Below the pieces are notes generated by a model. It was given only the letters and a program-made list of their open reading frames with translations, was not told the DNA's origin and did no database searches. A stretch of DNA of 64,000 nt, taken from the NCBI GenBank assembly GCA_965601925.1, contig OZ271854.1:2624001-2688000 (forward strand), in the 5' to 3' direction. This stretch comes from Alkalispirochaeta sp. (GTDB lineage: Bacteria; Spirochaetota; Spirochaetia; DSM-27196; Alkalispirochaetaceae). This document shows, piece after piece, positions 19,487 to 29,689 of this stretch (positions within the stretch are counted from its first letter, which is position 1; each line of letters begins with the position of its first letter). The position numbers and the translations under genes are program-made.

Positions 19487-20757
19487 GGGCGAGCGTACTC
19501 GTACTGCCGGTATCCGTCCTCTCGTATCGCGCCGAGATAGTATTCACCGCCCGGGATCTGCGCGCCGTTACTCACCTCTCCATGTTCCAACTCGTATACT
19601 TCCCGTTCTACGAAGGTGCTGTATCGGTCGAATGAGGCCTCCTCGTGGTTATCGAGGATGGACTGAAGGTCCCACCCGGCGAGTACCTCCGGCGCTCCCG
19701 GCGCCACCGTCGCCGCGAGGACACTCATCGTGTTTCCCGAACCGTACGATGCGATCATCACCCGTTTACCGACGATGCCGGTCCCCTCAACGCGATAGCG
19801 ATTCCAAAGAGAGAACATGAGCGCCATATAGGCCGCTCCGGAATAGATGTTGCCTATCACGCGCGACGCCTCGATCCCCTCGTTGAAATGGCGCTCCTCC
19901 AAGAAGGCGGCGGCCTCGGATGGCCCCTTCTCCAGGTGGCGTTCGACCAGCTTGGTCATTGCCGTGACCGCCATGCGGTGGAACGGCACGTGCACGACGA
20001 AAAGATCGGTCTCTCTGAGAACGTCGGCGCTTGTCATGCCGCGTCGCGTTGCGTGGTCGACGAGGGCGGCGTCGAGCGCATCGTTGTAGCAGTCCACCGA
20101 ATACCGTCCCTTTACCCGCGCGGTAATCGACGGAATCGGCCGAAAGAAGTCATCTTCATCCGAAGAGGCGTATCCGACCGCCGCAAGATCGAGCTCCAAC
20201 AGGCGCGGGTCCAGCTCGATACGCATGGCGACCGCGCCGGCACCTTGGGTAATCTCGGCGGTAGAAGGCACTTGGTATCGCGCGACGTCGGAGCAGATAA
20301 CCAGGCCCGACTCGCCGTCGCGACCGCCGTTTTGGAGCATGGATGCGACGCCCATCATCGCAATGGTCCCGCCGGCGCAGGCGTGTTGCACCTGAAAAGT
20401 CGACAGCGTACGGGGCAGCGCGATGTCGGAGCGTTGGAGGAGTCCCTGTGTGTACGCAGCGATCGGTTTCGACATATCGACGGAGGTTTCGGTTCCGACG
20501 GCGAGATAGCGGACGCCCTCGGCCGTGTTGCGATCCAGAAGCAACGGACGTGCAGCCTGGGCGGCCATCGTCACCGGGTCCTGCCACGGCGTGGGAAAAC
20601 GAATCGCCACCTGGTTGGTAGATTCGATGGCGCGACGCAGTCTCCGTTCGATGGAGGGATCCTCCTCGGCGCGTCGCTTCAGTATCGATTCTAAGGAGAT
20701 TGATTGCGACGGTACGTAGAGACTCATGTCACTGATACCCGCTCTTCTTGCTGTCAT
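19483..20757 (-). CDS. mvaS: Hydroxymethylglutaryl-CoA synthase
   Basis: VGTET.VD.SK, catalytic HAC, SDVARY, E.TQGAGAVA, H.PF, GN.YSG, SYGSG. SD upstream of 20757. Confidence 0.93.
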   Translation of the reverse strand: MTARRAGISDMSLYVPSQSISLESILKRRAEEDPSIERRLRRAIESTNQVAIRFPTPWQDPVTMAAQAARPLLLDRNTAEGVRYLAVGTETSVDMSKPIAAYTQGLLQRSDIALPRTLSTFQVQHACAGGTIAMMGVASMLQNGGRDGESGLVICSDVARYQVPSTAEITQGAGAVAMRIELDPRLLELDLAAVGYASSDEDDFFRPIPSITARVKGRYSVDCYNDALDAALVDHATRRGMTSADVLRETDLFVVHVPFHRMAVTAMTKLVERHLEKGPSEAAAFLEERHFNEGIEASRVIGNIYSGAAYMALMFSLWNRYRVEGTGIVGKRVMIASYGSGNTMSVLAATVAPGAPEVLAGWDLQSILDNHEEASFDRYSTFVEREVYELEHGEVSNGAQIPGGEYYLGAIREDGYRQYEYARP

Positions 20758-20932
20758 CGTGCTTCCTCTCTTATTTCGCTGCGCAAATATACGGCCCTTG
20801 GGCCGAAAAGTACAACGCTGGAGATGTAGAGATTTACGAACGAAAGAAATCGAAAAAGATCGTGAATCGGAGAGATAACCCGAGCCGCGTATGGCGTCCT
20901 CGATCGAACCGTTCCGCGCGGTCCCGCGACCG

Positions 20933-21463
20933 TCAACGGGAAGCCCGCCCCGTCGCGTGTGCATCCAGCGCCTCCAGAAGGGCGCGTCCGTAGTCCGGAA
21001 GATCGGGCGGTCTGCGGCTCGAGACGAGATTCCCGTCGGTTATGACCGGCCGGTCGACCCACGTCGCGCCGGCGTTTTCCATATCGTCGCGAATCCCCGG
21101 CGTGCTGGTCACCGTACGACCCTTCAGAATCCCGGCGGAGATGAGCACCCAACCGGCGTGGCAGATCTGGCCGATCATCTTCCCTTCGCGGTCCATCGCG
21201 CGCACAAGTTCCAACACCGAGTCGAACCGGCGTAGTTTATCGGGAGCCCATCCTCCCGGTACCAACAGTGCGTCGTACGAGTCGGCGGCGACATCGTGAA
21301 AGGAGTGCGTGCTTTCGGCGGGGACGCCGTACTTTCCGCGATACGTCTTTGCCGCCTCGTCGCCCAGAACATCGACGGTGTGTCCCGCCTCCCTGAGACG
21401 GAATGTCGGATACCAGAACTCAAGATCTTCGAAATCGTCGTGAATCAGACTGGCAATGCGCAT
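20933..21463 (-). CDS. PfpI/DJ-1 family type 1 glutamine amidotransferase-like protein
   Basis: FEDLE..YP..RL.EAG, PGG.APD.LR, ICHAG, SR.P.DL. Confidence 0.9.
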   Translation of the reverse strand: MRIASLIHDDFEDLEFWYPTFRLREAGHTVDVLGDEAAKTYRGKYGVPAESTHSFHDVAADSYDALLVPGGWAPDKLRRFDSVLELVRAMDREGKMIGQICHAGWVLISAGILKGRTVTSTPGIRDDMENAGATWVDRPVITDGNLVSSRRPPDLPDYGRALLEALDAHATGRASR

Positions 21464-21565
21464 AGTCAAACCTCTTTCCATCAATAATGACAAGGGAAAG
21501 GCCCTTTCGTCACGTCATGGTGTCTTTTTTCTCTTGCCACAGCCCATCCATTTTGCAACCATAGC

Positions 21566-22669
21566 GTGCCTATGGACTACGCGGTGCTGGTATCGGGCGG
21601 CGTCGACAGCGCCGTTGCGTTACATGAACTTGCGCGGCGCGGTGAAGGAACCGTACGCGCCTACTACCTCAAAATATGGCTCGAAGACGACCTATCCTTT
21701 TTGGGCCAGTGTCCATGGGAGGAAGACTTGGACTACGCCCGTGACGTGTGTCGCGCCGCCGGCGTCCCGTTGGAGGTCGTGCCGCTGCAACGGGAGTACT
21801 ATGATCGCGTGGTGAGTTATACCGTAGCCGAGCTCAAGGAGGGGCGAACGCCTTCGCCCGATATTTTTTGTAACCAACGCATCAAGTTCGGCGCGTTCTT
21901 TGACGCGATCGGCGGTCGAGCGGACCGCATCGCGACGGGGCACTATGCGCGCGTCGTCCGCGAAAAGGACGCCGTGCGGCTCGCTATGGCGCCCGATCCC
22001 GTAAAAGACCAGACCTATTTTCTCTCGCACCTGTCCGAACGGCAGCTGCAGCGCTCGGAGTTTCCCGTCGGCGAGTTGACGAAGACGCAAGTACGTGGGC
22101 GAGCGGCCGAACTCGGTCTGAGCAACCGAAATCGCCCGGATAGTCAGGGTATCTGTTTTTTGGGAAAGATTCGCTACACCGATTTCGTGCGTCACTACTT
22201 GGGAGAGCGTGCCGGACCCATCGTCGAGGTCGAGACGGGGCGCATACTCGGCGAACACCGCGGTGCGTGGTTCTACACCATCGGCCAGCGCCAGGGGTTG
22301 GGACTCGGAAACGGTCCATGGTACGTCGTAGGCCGGGACGTCAAGACCAATCGGGTAGAGGTGTCGCACGCCGCGCGCGTCGCCGACAAGGCGCGACAAC
22401 ACTTTCGCGTCGGAGCGATTCATTGGATCTCGCCGCCCGAGGCCTCCGGCGGACTGCACCTTAAGTTGCGACACGGTCCCGAGCTCACCGGGTGCACGAT
22501 AATGAACGAGGAGTCGGCGGATATTGCATCGGCGCGGCGACTGTCGGTGCGCATGGAGAAGCCGGACCGCGGGGTCGCGCCCGGCCAATTTGCCGTCTTT
22601 TACCAGGGTGAGGTCTGTCTCGGTTCCGGTATGATTCTCGACGAAGCACCGGGGGCCCACGGTGGGTAA
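21566..22669 (+). CDS. mnmA: tRNA 2-thiouridylase
   Basis: SGGVDS, TP.PD..CN..IKF, ATGHYA, KDQTYFL, DSQGICF, YTIGQR.GLG, PGQ.AVFY. Confidence 0.96.
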   Translation: MPMDYAVLVSGGVDSAVALHELARRGEGTVRAYYLKIWLEDDLSFLGQCPWEEDLDYARDVCRAAGVPLEVVPLQREYYDRVVSYTVAELKEGRTPSPDIFCNQRIKFGAFFDAIGGRADRIATGHYARVVREKDAVRLAMAPDPVKDQTYFLSHLSERQLQRSEFPVGELTKTQVRGRAAELGLSNRNRPDSQGICFLGKIRYTDFVRHYLGERAGPIVEVETGRILGEHRGAWFYTIGQRQGLGLGNGPWYVVGRDVKTNRVEVSHAARVADKARQHFRVGAIHWISPPEASGGLHLKLRHGPELTGCTIMNEESADIASARRLSVRMEKPDRGVAPGQFAVFYQGEVCLGSGMILDEAPGAHGG

Positions 22670-23762
22670 GGCGCATAGTGCGGCATCCCTCTCGGACACA
22701 TCGGGTTCCATTGCGCCGGACGCCATCCGCCCGCGGGGTTACACCGGAAGCGGCGCGCCGGTACTCAGCGTTGCCCCGATGATGGACTGGACCGATCGCC
22801 ATTTTCGGTACTTTTTTCGCAAGATATCTCGATACTCGCTCCTGTACACGGAGATGATCACCGCGACGGCGATCATCCACGGCGACCGCGATCGACTTCT
22901 CGCCTTCGACCCCTCGGAACATCCTATCTCGCTCCAACTCGGAGGTGACGATCCGGACGCGATAAGCCGCGCGATTACGATCGCCTCGGACTACGGGTAT
23001 GACGAGTTCAATCTCAACGTCGGCTGCCCGAGTGATCGCGTGCGGAACGGACACTTCGGCGCATGTTTGATGGCGGACCCCGGTCTCGTCGCCGAGATCG
23101 CGCACGCTATGCGCGAGGCCACCGACCGGCCCGTTACCGTTAAGCACCGCATCGGTATAGACGGACGCGAACGGTACGACCAGATGGTGGAGTTCGTCGA
23201 TACGGTCGCCACCGCCGGCATTCGCCGCTTCACGGTGCACGCTCGGATCGCGATTCTTGCGGGGCTTAACCCAAAACAGAATCGGTCCGTCCCGCCCCTG
23301 CGTTACGAGGACGTCTATCGCCTCAAAAGCGACCGACCGACGTTGGAGGTGGAGATAAACGGACACATAAAGTCCCTAAGCGAGATGCGACGTCATCTCG
23401 GCCGTGTCGACGCGGTGATGATCGGTCGCGCCGCCTACGAGGATCCGTGGGCGTTCTCCTCATCCGACGCCACACTTTTCGGCGGTCGGACGCCGGAGGT
23501 AACGCGCGAGTCGGTCGTACGCGACCTGTTCGGGTATCTCGATTCCCTGGAGGCGGACGGTCACCCTCCGCGGCGGTTGACCAACCACCTCTTCGGTCTC
23601 TTTGCCGGGCGACCCGGCGCACGCGCGTGGCGGCGTGCGCTTTCCGAGGCATCGCTCCATAAGACCGGTCGCGAGATCTTGGAGCACGCTCTGGCGTCGG
23701 TTCCTCGTGAGATCCGCGAGGAGGGCCCGCGACTCGATCGGGAGCTCGCCCCGCACACGTAA
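22662..23762 (+). CDS. dusA: tRNA dihydrouridine(20/20a) synthase
   Basis: APMMDWTDRH.R, QLGG.DP, NLNVGCPS.RV, VHAR.A.L.GL.PKQNR.VPPL.Y. Confidence 0.94.
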   Translation: MGKAHSAASLSDTSGSIAPDAIRPRGYTGSGAPVLSVAPMMDWTDRHFRYFFRKISRYSLLYTEMITATAIIHGDRDRLLAFDPSEHPISLQLGGDDPDAISRAITIASDYGYDEFNLNVGCPSDRVRNGHFGACLMADPGLVAEIAHAMREATDRPVTVKHRIGIDGRERYDQMVEFVDTVATAGIRRFTVHARIAILAGLNPKQNRSVPPLRYEDVYRLKSDRPTLEVEINGHIKSLSEMRRHLGRVDAVMIGRAAYEDPWAFSSSDATLFGGRTPEVTRESVVRDLFGYLDSLEADGHPPRRLTNHLFGLFAGRPGARAWRRALSEASLHKTGREILEHALASVPREIREEGPRLDRELAPHT

Positions 23763-23907
23763 CAAAGGGATAGTGGAACTGTCGACTTTGTTCTTGTCTG
23801 CCCCGTTGTAACCGGGTACAATGCTAACAGAGCGCTAACATCCGCTCTCTTCTCCATTGGTTCGATAAAATCGTATATAAACTGAAAGCGACAGGAAGGA
23901 GTTACCC

Positions 23908-25848
23908 GTGAAAGTGCGTTCGCAGATTAACCTTCTCGTTTTTTTACTACTAACGGTATTTGCGCTTGCGGTAGGAGGTCTGATCGTTGCCAATGCAGTG
24001 GCCGGCGTCATGGACGATCTCGAAATCAGCGCGAATGTAGCCCTAACGAACGTGTTTCGCCTCACCGACATGAACAAAGAGCTGATGGTCAACGAGCAAC
24101 CTATCGAGCGGTTGGTCGGAGACTGGAACCGTACCATCGAGGGGTTAGACGCCTCGGTGCAGGAGCTCATCAGCCATCCCGGCGTGCGATTTGCGCCGGA
24201 GCAGCTGCAGGTGGCGATTAATCGTACCGATTCGGTGTGGCAGCTTTCCAAAGAGCGATTCGAGAATGCCGAAGAGTCTCTGAGTCGCGTTCTCGCCGAC
24301 GAGAGCGTCGTGGACTTTCAGAAGAAGGGATTGCTCCTCTTTCGCCAGTGGCTCGCCGAGGACGGAGACCACGGTGCCATGCTCCTGTTGGTGACCCATC
24401 TCACATCCGACCTTCGCTCCTTCGACCTTGCCGCCAAGGACCTCGTCGTCGGCAACCTGGAGCTGGTAGCGCGCGAGGTTTCGCTGCACGCCGACGCGCT
24501 TCGTCGCCGAACGCAGATCGCGGTGGGGATTGCCGTTCCGGTCGTGACCATACTGGCGCTTCTCTTTGCCTTCTCATTCAGTCGACGTCTTACCCGTCGC
24601 GTGCAGATTATCGAGCATGCGATGGCGCGCGTCGCCGATCGTGACATCACCGTACGCGCCAACGCGCGCGGCAATGACGAGATCGCCGGTTTGGGGGGAT
24701 TCCTCGACCGGACGCTCGATGTTATCGCGGAGTTCGTCCGATCGGTGCGCGGTGCGGTGGTAAAGGCGGACGAGTTGAAGGACGGGCTGTCGGCGGGCTC
24801 CGCCGAAAGCGCCTCGGCGTTGCACGAGATCAGCCATAACATCGATTCGATCTCCTCCGAGTTCGAGCGCTTGAACACGAGTATCGAACAGACGACCGAA
24901 GCCGTGGCGGACATCGACGGTAAGATCAGAACACTCACCGAGAGCATCGGGACGCAGACGGTCGTGATCGACGAAAGCGCCTCGTCGATGGAATCGATGA
25001 ACGCCTCCATCCAAGAGGTGAGCCGACTCTCTCACGATCGCCGCGACGCGTCCGAGGCTCTCGTGAAGGTCATTCTCGACGGCGGAGACAAGATTCAGGA
25101 AACCAACGGCATCATCGATACGGTCACCGCCGAAATCGACGATATCCTCGAGATTATTGAGATCATCAACGCCGTCGCCGAGCAGACGAACCTCCTGTCG
25201 ATGAATGCGGCGATCGAGAGCGCCCACGCCGGCGAGGCCGGTAAGGGTTTTGCCGTCGTGGCCGAGGAAATTCGGAAGCTCGCCGAGAGCACGAGCGAGA
25301 ATGCTTCGCAAATAGACCGGCTCCTCAAATCGATCACCGGAAAGATGCGCGAGGCCCTCGCGGCGAGCCGTGCCGGCGCGGAGACCTTCGAGACGATCAG
25401 CCACGACGTTACCCTCTTTCGCAAGGCTATGGTCGAGATTTCCGAGAATATGAACAGTTTGAGTACCGGGAGCGTCGCCATCGTAGAGACGACAAAGCAA
25501 ATCTCCACGATCGCGCGATCGGTCAACGAGTCGGCCGGTGATATCGCTACGAACGCCCAACAGATAACCGGCGCGATGGATCAGGCCAACTCTATGTCCA
25601 CGACTATTTCCGGCGGTATGAAAGAGATCGACCACGGCGCCAAGGAGATTCTCACGGCTCTCACCGATATTTCTCGTCTCTCCGATGCGAGCAGGGATCG
25701 TATGAAGGCCCTTTCCGAGCTGGTCGACACCTTTCGCGCCGACGACGAGGATGAGGCGGCAATCGTCGAGCCCGAGGCGCAAGGCGGGGCCGAAGCGACG
25801 CTCGACGATGAGAAGGAGCCGGCGGGGAGCGTGCACGTATCGGCGTGA
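23908..25848 (+). CDS. Methyl-accepting chemotaxis protein (periplasmic sensor, HAMP, long signalling domain)
   Basis: Two [41 protein letters not shown]. Confidence 0.93.
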   Translation: MKVRSQINLLVFLLLTVFALAVGGLIVANAVAGVMDDLEISANVALTNVFRLTDMNKELMVNEQPIERLVGDWNRTIEGLDASVQELISHPGVRFAPEQLQVAINRTDSVWQLSKERFENAEESLSRVLADESVVDFQKKGLLLFRQWLAEDGDHGAMLLLVTHLTSDLRSFDLAAKDLVVGNLELVAREVSLHADALRRRTQIAVGIAVPVVTILALLFAFSFSRRLTRRVQIIEHAMARVADRDITVRANARGNDEIAGLGGFLDRTLDVIAEFVRSVRGAVVKADELKDGLSAGSAESASALHEISHNIDSISSEFERLNTSIEQTTEAVADIDGKIRTLTESIGTQTVVIDESASSMESMNASIQEVSRLSHDRRDASEALVKVILDGGDKIQETNGIIDTVTAEIDDILEIIEIINAVAEQTNLLSMNAAIESAHAGEAGKGFAVVAEEIRKLAESTSENASQIDRLLKSITGKMREALAASRAGAETFETISHDVTLFRKAMVEISENMNSLSTGSVAIVETTKQISTIARSVNESAGDIATNAQQITGAMDQANSMSTTISGGMKEIDHGAKEILTALTDISRLSDASRDRMKALSELVDTFRADDEDEAAIVEPEAQGGAEATLDDEKEPAGSVHVSA

Positions 25849-25903
25849 GGGGTTGGGTCGCGAGATGTGGGCATCCTCGTCCTCTTTTGTGCTACCATAG
25901 GGC

Positions 25904-26389
25904 ATGGTATTCCAACTCGGACGGCGCGGGAGCGACGGCGTCGAGAACTTTTGGAAGCGCCTCGAGGCCGAACTCGGCGAACCGATCCGGACGTACGCCT
26001 TAGGGCGCTATATTTCGGGGCGTGAAGAAGCGGGACCGTTGTGGGGCCTTCTCTACGTGACGGCACACACGTTGTACTTTCAGCACTTTGCCCAGACTAA
26101 CTGGTTTTCATCGATCGTTCGATCGGGCGTGAGCGACGATGAGGAGGTATCGCGCAATCCCAGGGAACGTAATCTGCGATTTGAGATACCGCTCCAACAA
26201 GTGGCCCAGCTTGTAACACCCGAGCCCGACGGCTTCTTCGAGCGCCTCTTTCGTTCCAACCAGCCGGTATATCGGTTGCGCTCGGTGTACGAGTCGGCCC
26301 CGGCGTTCGTATTCTCGGTGGACAACCGTGAGGATGAGTTCGTCTCGGAACTACAAACGGTGTTAGCGGAGTTGCACGACGTCCGATAG
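25904..26389 (+). CDS. Hypothetical protein, possible PH/GRAM-like fold
   Basis: Gene-like ORF. WGLLYVT...LYF and FEIPL..V..L strand pattern, C-terminal helix. Confidence 0.6.
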   Translation: MVFQLGRRGSDGVENFWKRLEAELGEPIRTYALGRYISGREEAGPLWGLLYVTAHTLYFQHFAQTNWFSSIVRSGVSDDEEVSRNPRERNLRFEIPLQQVAQLVTPEPDGFFERLFRSNQPVYRLRSVYESAPAFVFSVDNREDEFVSELQTVLAELHDVR

Positions 26390-26421
26390 CGTCTCCCGCG
26401 CGTACGTGCTCGGGAGACGCT
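26388..26421. terminator. Hairpin between convergent genes (probable bidirectional terminator)
   Basis: 11-bp perfect stem AGCGTCTCCCG / CGGGAGACGCT. Confidence 0.55.
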
Positions 26422-26439
26422 GTCGAGTGAGTGCGTCTC

Positions 26440-27495
26440 CTAAAATGTCGAAAAGAGATGCTCGGTCCGGTGACGGTAGGTCCTACCGGGCCTCAGGATA
26501 ATCGGGGGAAACTCCGGCCGATTGGGGCTATCGGGAAAGAACTGACATTCCAAACAGAGCGCTTCGTGACCGCTGAGTGACTCTCCTCTGCGTCCGAGGC
26601 GGCCCGGGAGGTTGTTACCGCTGTAGAAGTGGACATCGGGGTAGGTGGTGGATACTACCATCTCGCGTCCGCTGGCGTGGGAGCGCACGCGCGCCGCCTC
26701 GCGTAGTTTCGGTTCGCCCGGTTGCCATCCGACGATGCGCAGCGAATGGTCGTACCCGTTGGCCCCGCCCGCGATTACCGCGTCGAGATCGCGCTCCACG
26801 GACTTCCACGTCGAAAAGTCGAATGGACCGCCCGCAACCGGTACCAGCCGTCCGCTCGGCACTCCACCGGTGACCTCCGCGACGGCGTCGACCGCGAGCC
26901 GGAGTTCGTGGTCCATGATCGTCCCGCGACCGGCCAAGTTCCAGTAGGTGTGGTTGGTCAGATTGACGACCGTCGGTGCGTCGGTGGTGGCGACGAACTC
27001 CATGATAAGCCGCATATCCTCGGTGACGCCGATCGTGTGGCGTACCTGCAGCGCGCCGGGATATCCCTCCTCGCCGTCGGGGCTCGTGCGTTCCAGATGC
27101 AGTAACGCTCCGTCCCCATCGGTCTCGGTACGGGTTTCATACCGGTACTTGTCGAATCCGCGTACCCCTCCGTGGAGGTGCAGCGAGCCCGAGTTGGAGG
27201 CGATGTCGTAGCGAGAGCCGTCGATCGTGAACCCGCCGCCGGAGATTCTGTTGCAGACCCTTCCGACGAGCGCCCCGTAGTACGGATGCCCCGCGAGGTA
27301 CTCTTCCAACGTGTCGTGGGCGAGCGTGATCTCACCCACCGCGCCGGATCGGTCCGGGGTACGGACGCTGGTGATGATCCCACCGTAGTCGGTGACCGAT
27401 ACCGTCAGGCCCTTCCCGTTGTCCAACACAAACAGCTCGGCCGTCTCCCCATCGGGGAGGCGACCGAAATCGTGACGAGTTACAGACGGAGCCAT
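26440..27495 (-). CDS. galM: Aldose 1-epimerase (galactose mutarotase)
   Basis: GR..NRI..G, LHGG..GFD, DGEEGYPG, NLTNH.YWNL, CLE.Q.FPD.PN. Confidence 0.92.
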   Translation of the reverse strand: MAPSVTRHDFGRLPDGETAELFVLDNGKGLTVSVTDYGGIITSVRTPDRSGAVGEITLAHDTLEEYLAGHPYYGALVGRVCNRISGGGFTIDGSRYDIASNSGSLHLHGGVRGFDKYRYETRTETDGDGALLHLERTSPDGEEGYPGALQVRHTIGVTEDMRLIMEFVATTDAPTVVNLTNHTYWNLAGRGTIMDHELRLAVDAVAEVTGGVPSGRLVPVAGGPFDFSTWKSVERDLDAVIAGGANGYDHSLRIVGWQPGEPKLREAARVRSHASGREMVVSTTYPDVHFYSGNNLPGRLGRRGESLSGHEALCLECQFFPDSPNRPEFPPIILRPGRTYRHRTEHLFSTF

Positions 27496-27500
27496 CCGGA

Positions 27501-28511
27501 CTATACCGGCGGGCGCGCGACGTAGTCGTCGGCCTTCAGCAGCATCTTGACGTACTGGGCGCGACGATAGGTCCACTTATCGGGGGTCTTCTCTACGCTG
27601 AGCTTGCCGCGGAACTGGTCGAGGTCGGTGTAACCTTTGCGGTCCATCCACGCCTCGATATCTTTGAGGATCGTGCCGATCATGTCGACGCGGTTGCGAT
27701 AGAGGGTGCTCACCGCCTGGAACACGTCCGCGCCGGCCAACAGAACCTCGATTGCGTCTTCACCCGTATGGATTCCGTTCGAGGCGCAAATCGAACCGGA
27801 TACCTTCCCGTACAGCAGGCCGGCAAATCTGAGCGCCAAGCGGTGGTCGTTCGAGGTGCTGAGGTTGAACGGATACTGGCCGGTCTCTTTCTCGATATTG
27901 AAACTGGGGTGGAAGAGTCTGTTGAACAGGACGAATCCGTCTACGCCGACTTTGTCCATCTTGCCGATGATTTCCAACGGGCTGGTGTAGAAGGGGCTGA
28001 GTTTCACCGAAATGGGAACCTTGATCTTCGCCTTCACCTGCTTGAGCGCCTCGATCTGCTCGGCCTCGATCTCCGCCGCGCTTCTCGTTGAGTCTATGGG
28101 AATCGCGAAGAAGTTGAGCTCCAGGCCGTCGACGCCGGTCTCCTCCATGCGGAGCGCCCACTCGGTCCAGGTCGCGGGATTGACGCAGTTGAGGCTGCCG
28201 AAAACGGGGATAGAGACCGTCTCTTTGGTCTTACGCACCCACATGAGATGCTCGTCCGGTCCCCCGTGTTCGACATCGGGAAAGAGATCTTGGATTTCCG
28301 CATCCAGATTGTCGTTGATCGTCAACTCTTCTTCCATACGCATGCGCTGGAGCTGGATTTGCTCCTCGAAGAGGCTCTGAATGACGACTGCGGCGGCGTT
28401 TGCGTCCTCCATGCGCTTGATCGCGTCCATGTGGGCGGTCATGCTGCAGGCGCCAACGACGAAGGGGTTTTTGAGGGGAATACCCATGTAACGTGCCTGT
28501 AGATTGGCCAT
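27501..28511 (-). CDS. Dihydroorotate dehydrogenase-like flavoprotein
   Basis: L...Y.G..LKNP, SLFEEQI, LELN, SVKLSPF, LFNR, LAGA...Q.VS. Lacks the canonical NxSCPN loop. Confidence 0.82.
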   Translation of the reverse strand: MANLQARYMGIPLKNPFVVGACSMTAHMDAIKRMEDANAAAVVIQSLFEEQIQLQRMRMEEELTINDNLDAEIQDLFPDVEHGGPDEHLMWVRKTKETVSIPVFGSLNCVNPATWTEWALRMEETGVDGLELNFFAIPIDSTRSAAEIEAEQIEALKQVKAKIKVPISVKLSPFYTSPLEIIGKMDKVGVDGFVLFNRLFHPSFNIEKETGQYPFNLSTSNDHRLALRFAGLLYGKVSGSICASNGIHTGEDAIEVLLAGADVFQAVSTLYRNRVDMIGTILKDIEAWMDRKGYTDLDQFRGKLSVEKTPDKWTYRRAQYVKMLLKADDYVARPPV

Positions 28512-28630
28512 TGTGTTGCTCCTTATTCGGTGTATCGGCGTGTCGTGGCCATTGTAGTCGCTGAAAAGGCCACCGTCAACGAGCGGTGCACCGGCCGGTA
28601 GCCGTCCGCCCGGAAGGCTGCGCTCTGCGC

Positions 28631-29620
28631 TCAGGTGGTGTCCAATCGGAGACGTATCCATTCGGTCGGCGTTATGCCGGTCCAGCGTCGAAAGGAGCGA
28701 TTGAACGAGCTTTGATCCTTGTAGCCGATCGCATAGGCGATCGCACCGATATCGCGTTCGCCTTCACGGAGCCGCGCAAATGTACGCTCCCTGCGGTACG
28801 TGTCGAGTGTCTCAGTGAATGAGATCCTCTCGTCGGCCAGGCGACGTTGTAACGAACGCGTCGACATTTGCATGTGGGCGGCGACGTCCCGGGCCAAAAA
28901 GCGTCCGCCGCAAAACGATTCAAACATGCGCTCGCGAATCGACAGTCGATCGAGGATACTCGCTCCCAACTCGTCGGCGACTCGCGTCAACGTCTTTCTC
29001 AGATCGGGATCGGCGTACGGGTTCGGGACGTCCCACACGCCCTTCGATAGACGCATTCCGGTCCGTCGAGATTCAAGCGTTACCGGTACACTCCAGAGGC
29101 GCTCAAAACACCGTGTGCTACCGTGGTCGGCGTGCGTAAGGTGTACTTCATCTATGGCGAAGCCCGGCGTAAGGCGTTGGCGGCCGTACAACACCGCTAA
29201 CGCCCATTGTTCCATGACGGCTCTATACGGCTCGGGACCTCGGTCGTGGAGCCAAATCCAGTCGTGAGCCCCCCTCTCTATGTACAGTGATACGTCATGG
29301 GACACTATGCCGCGATACCGATCCACAATCTGTAGTGCTTGTCCCACCGTATCGGCGGTGCCGGCTATGTGGTCCAACAGGTCGAGTTCGTAGTCCTGCA
29401 GACCGAATCCCACTTGGGTAGGGAGCGTGACGTCGGGTCGTTGATCGAACGCCAGCGCCCACAACGTTGTCAGGACATCGCCGGGAAGCGATGCGTAGGG
29501 ATCTTCGATCGCCGAGGGGGTGATCGTTCCTGCCCGGAATATGCGGGACATGTCGAGTCCGAGATTCTTACATCCGCTAAGTATCGCCCTCACGGCGAGA
29601 ACGGGTACTCGTTCCGACAT
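28631..29620 (-). CDS. AraC-family regulator (VirS/OruR-like N-terminal domain), paralog 1
   Basis: C-terminal HTH VA....MS.RSLQRRL..E and IAYAIGY.DQSSF.RSFRRWTG.TP. Confidence 0.9.
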   Translation of the reverse strand: MSERVPVLAVRAILSGCKNLGLDMSRIFRAGTITPSAIEDPYASLPGDVLTTLWALAFDQRPDVTLPTQVGFGLQDYELDLLDHIAGTADTVGQALQIVDRYRGIVSHDVSLYIERGAHDWIWLHDRGPEPYRAVMEQWALAVLYGRQRLTPGFAIDEVHLTHADHGSTRCFERLWSVPVTLESRRTGMRLSKGVWDVPNPYADPDLRKTLTRVADELGASILDRLSIRERMFESFCGGRFLARDVAAHMQMSTRSLQRRLADERISFTETLDTYRRERTFARLREGERDIGAIAYAIGYKDQSSFNRSFRRWTGITPTEWIRLRLDTT

Positions 29621-29689
29621 CCTCTACCTCCTTACCGCGCGCGACCCGACCCCGCACGCCCTCGATGCGTCGTATCAGTTGCCGGCCCT

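Noticed and set aside
24318..25905. Long antisense and alternate-frame ORFs (e.g. 24574-25905, 6982-8292, 52587-54071, 11941-13218)
   Set aside because: They shadow well-supported genes, have no recognisable motifs, and are expected from stop-codon scarcity in GC-rich DNA.
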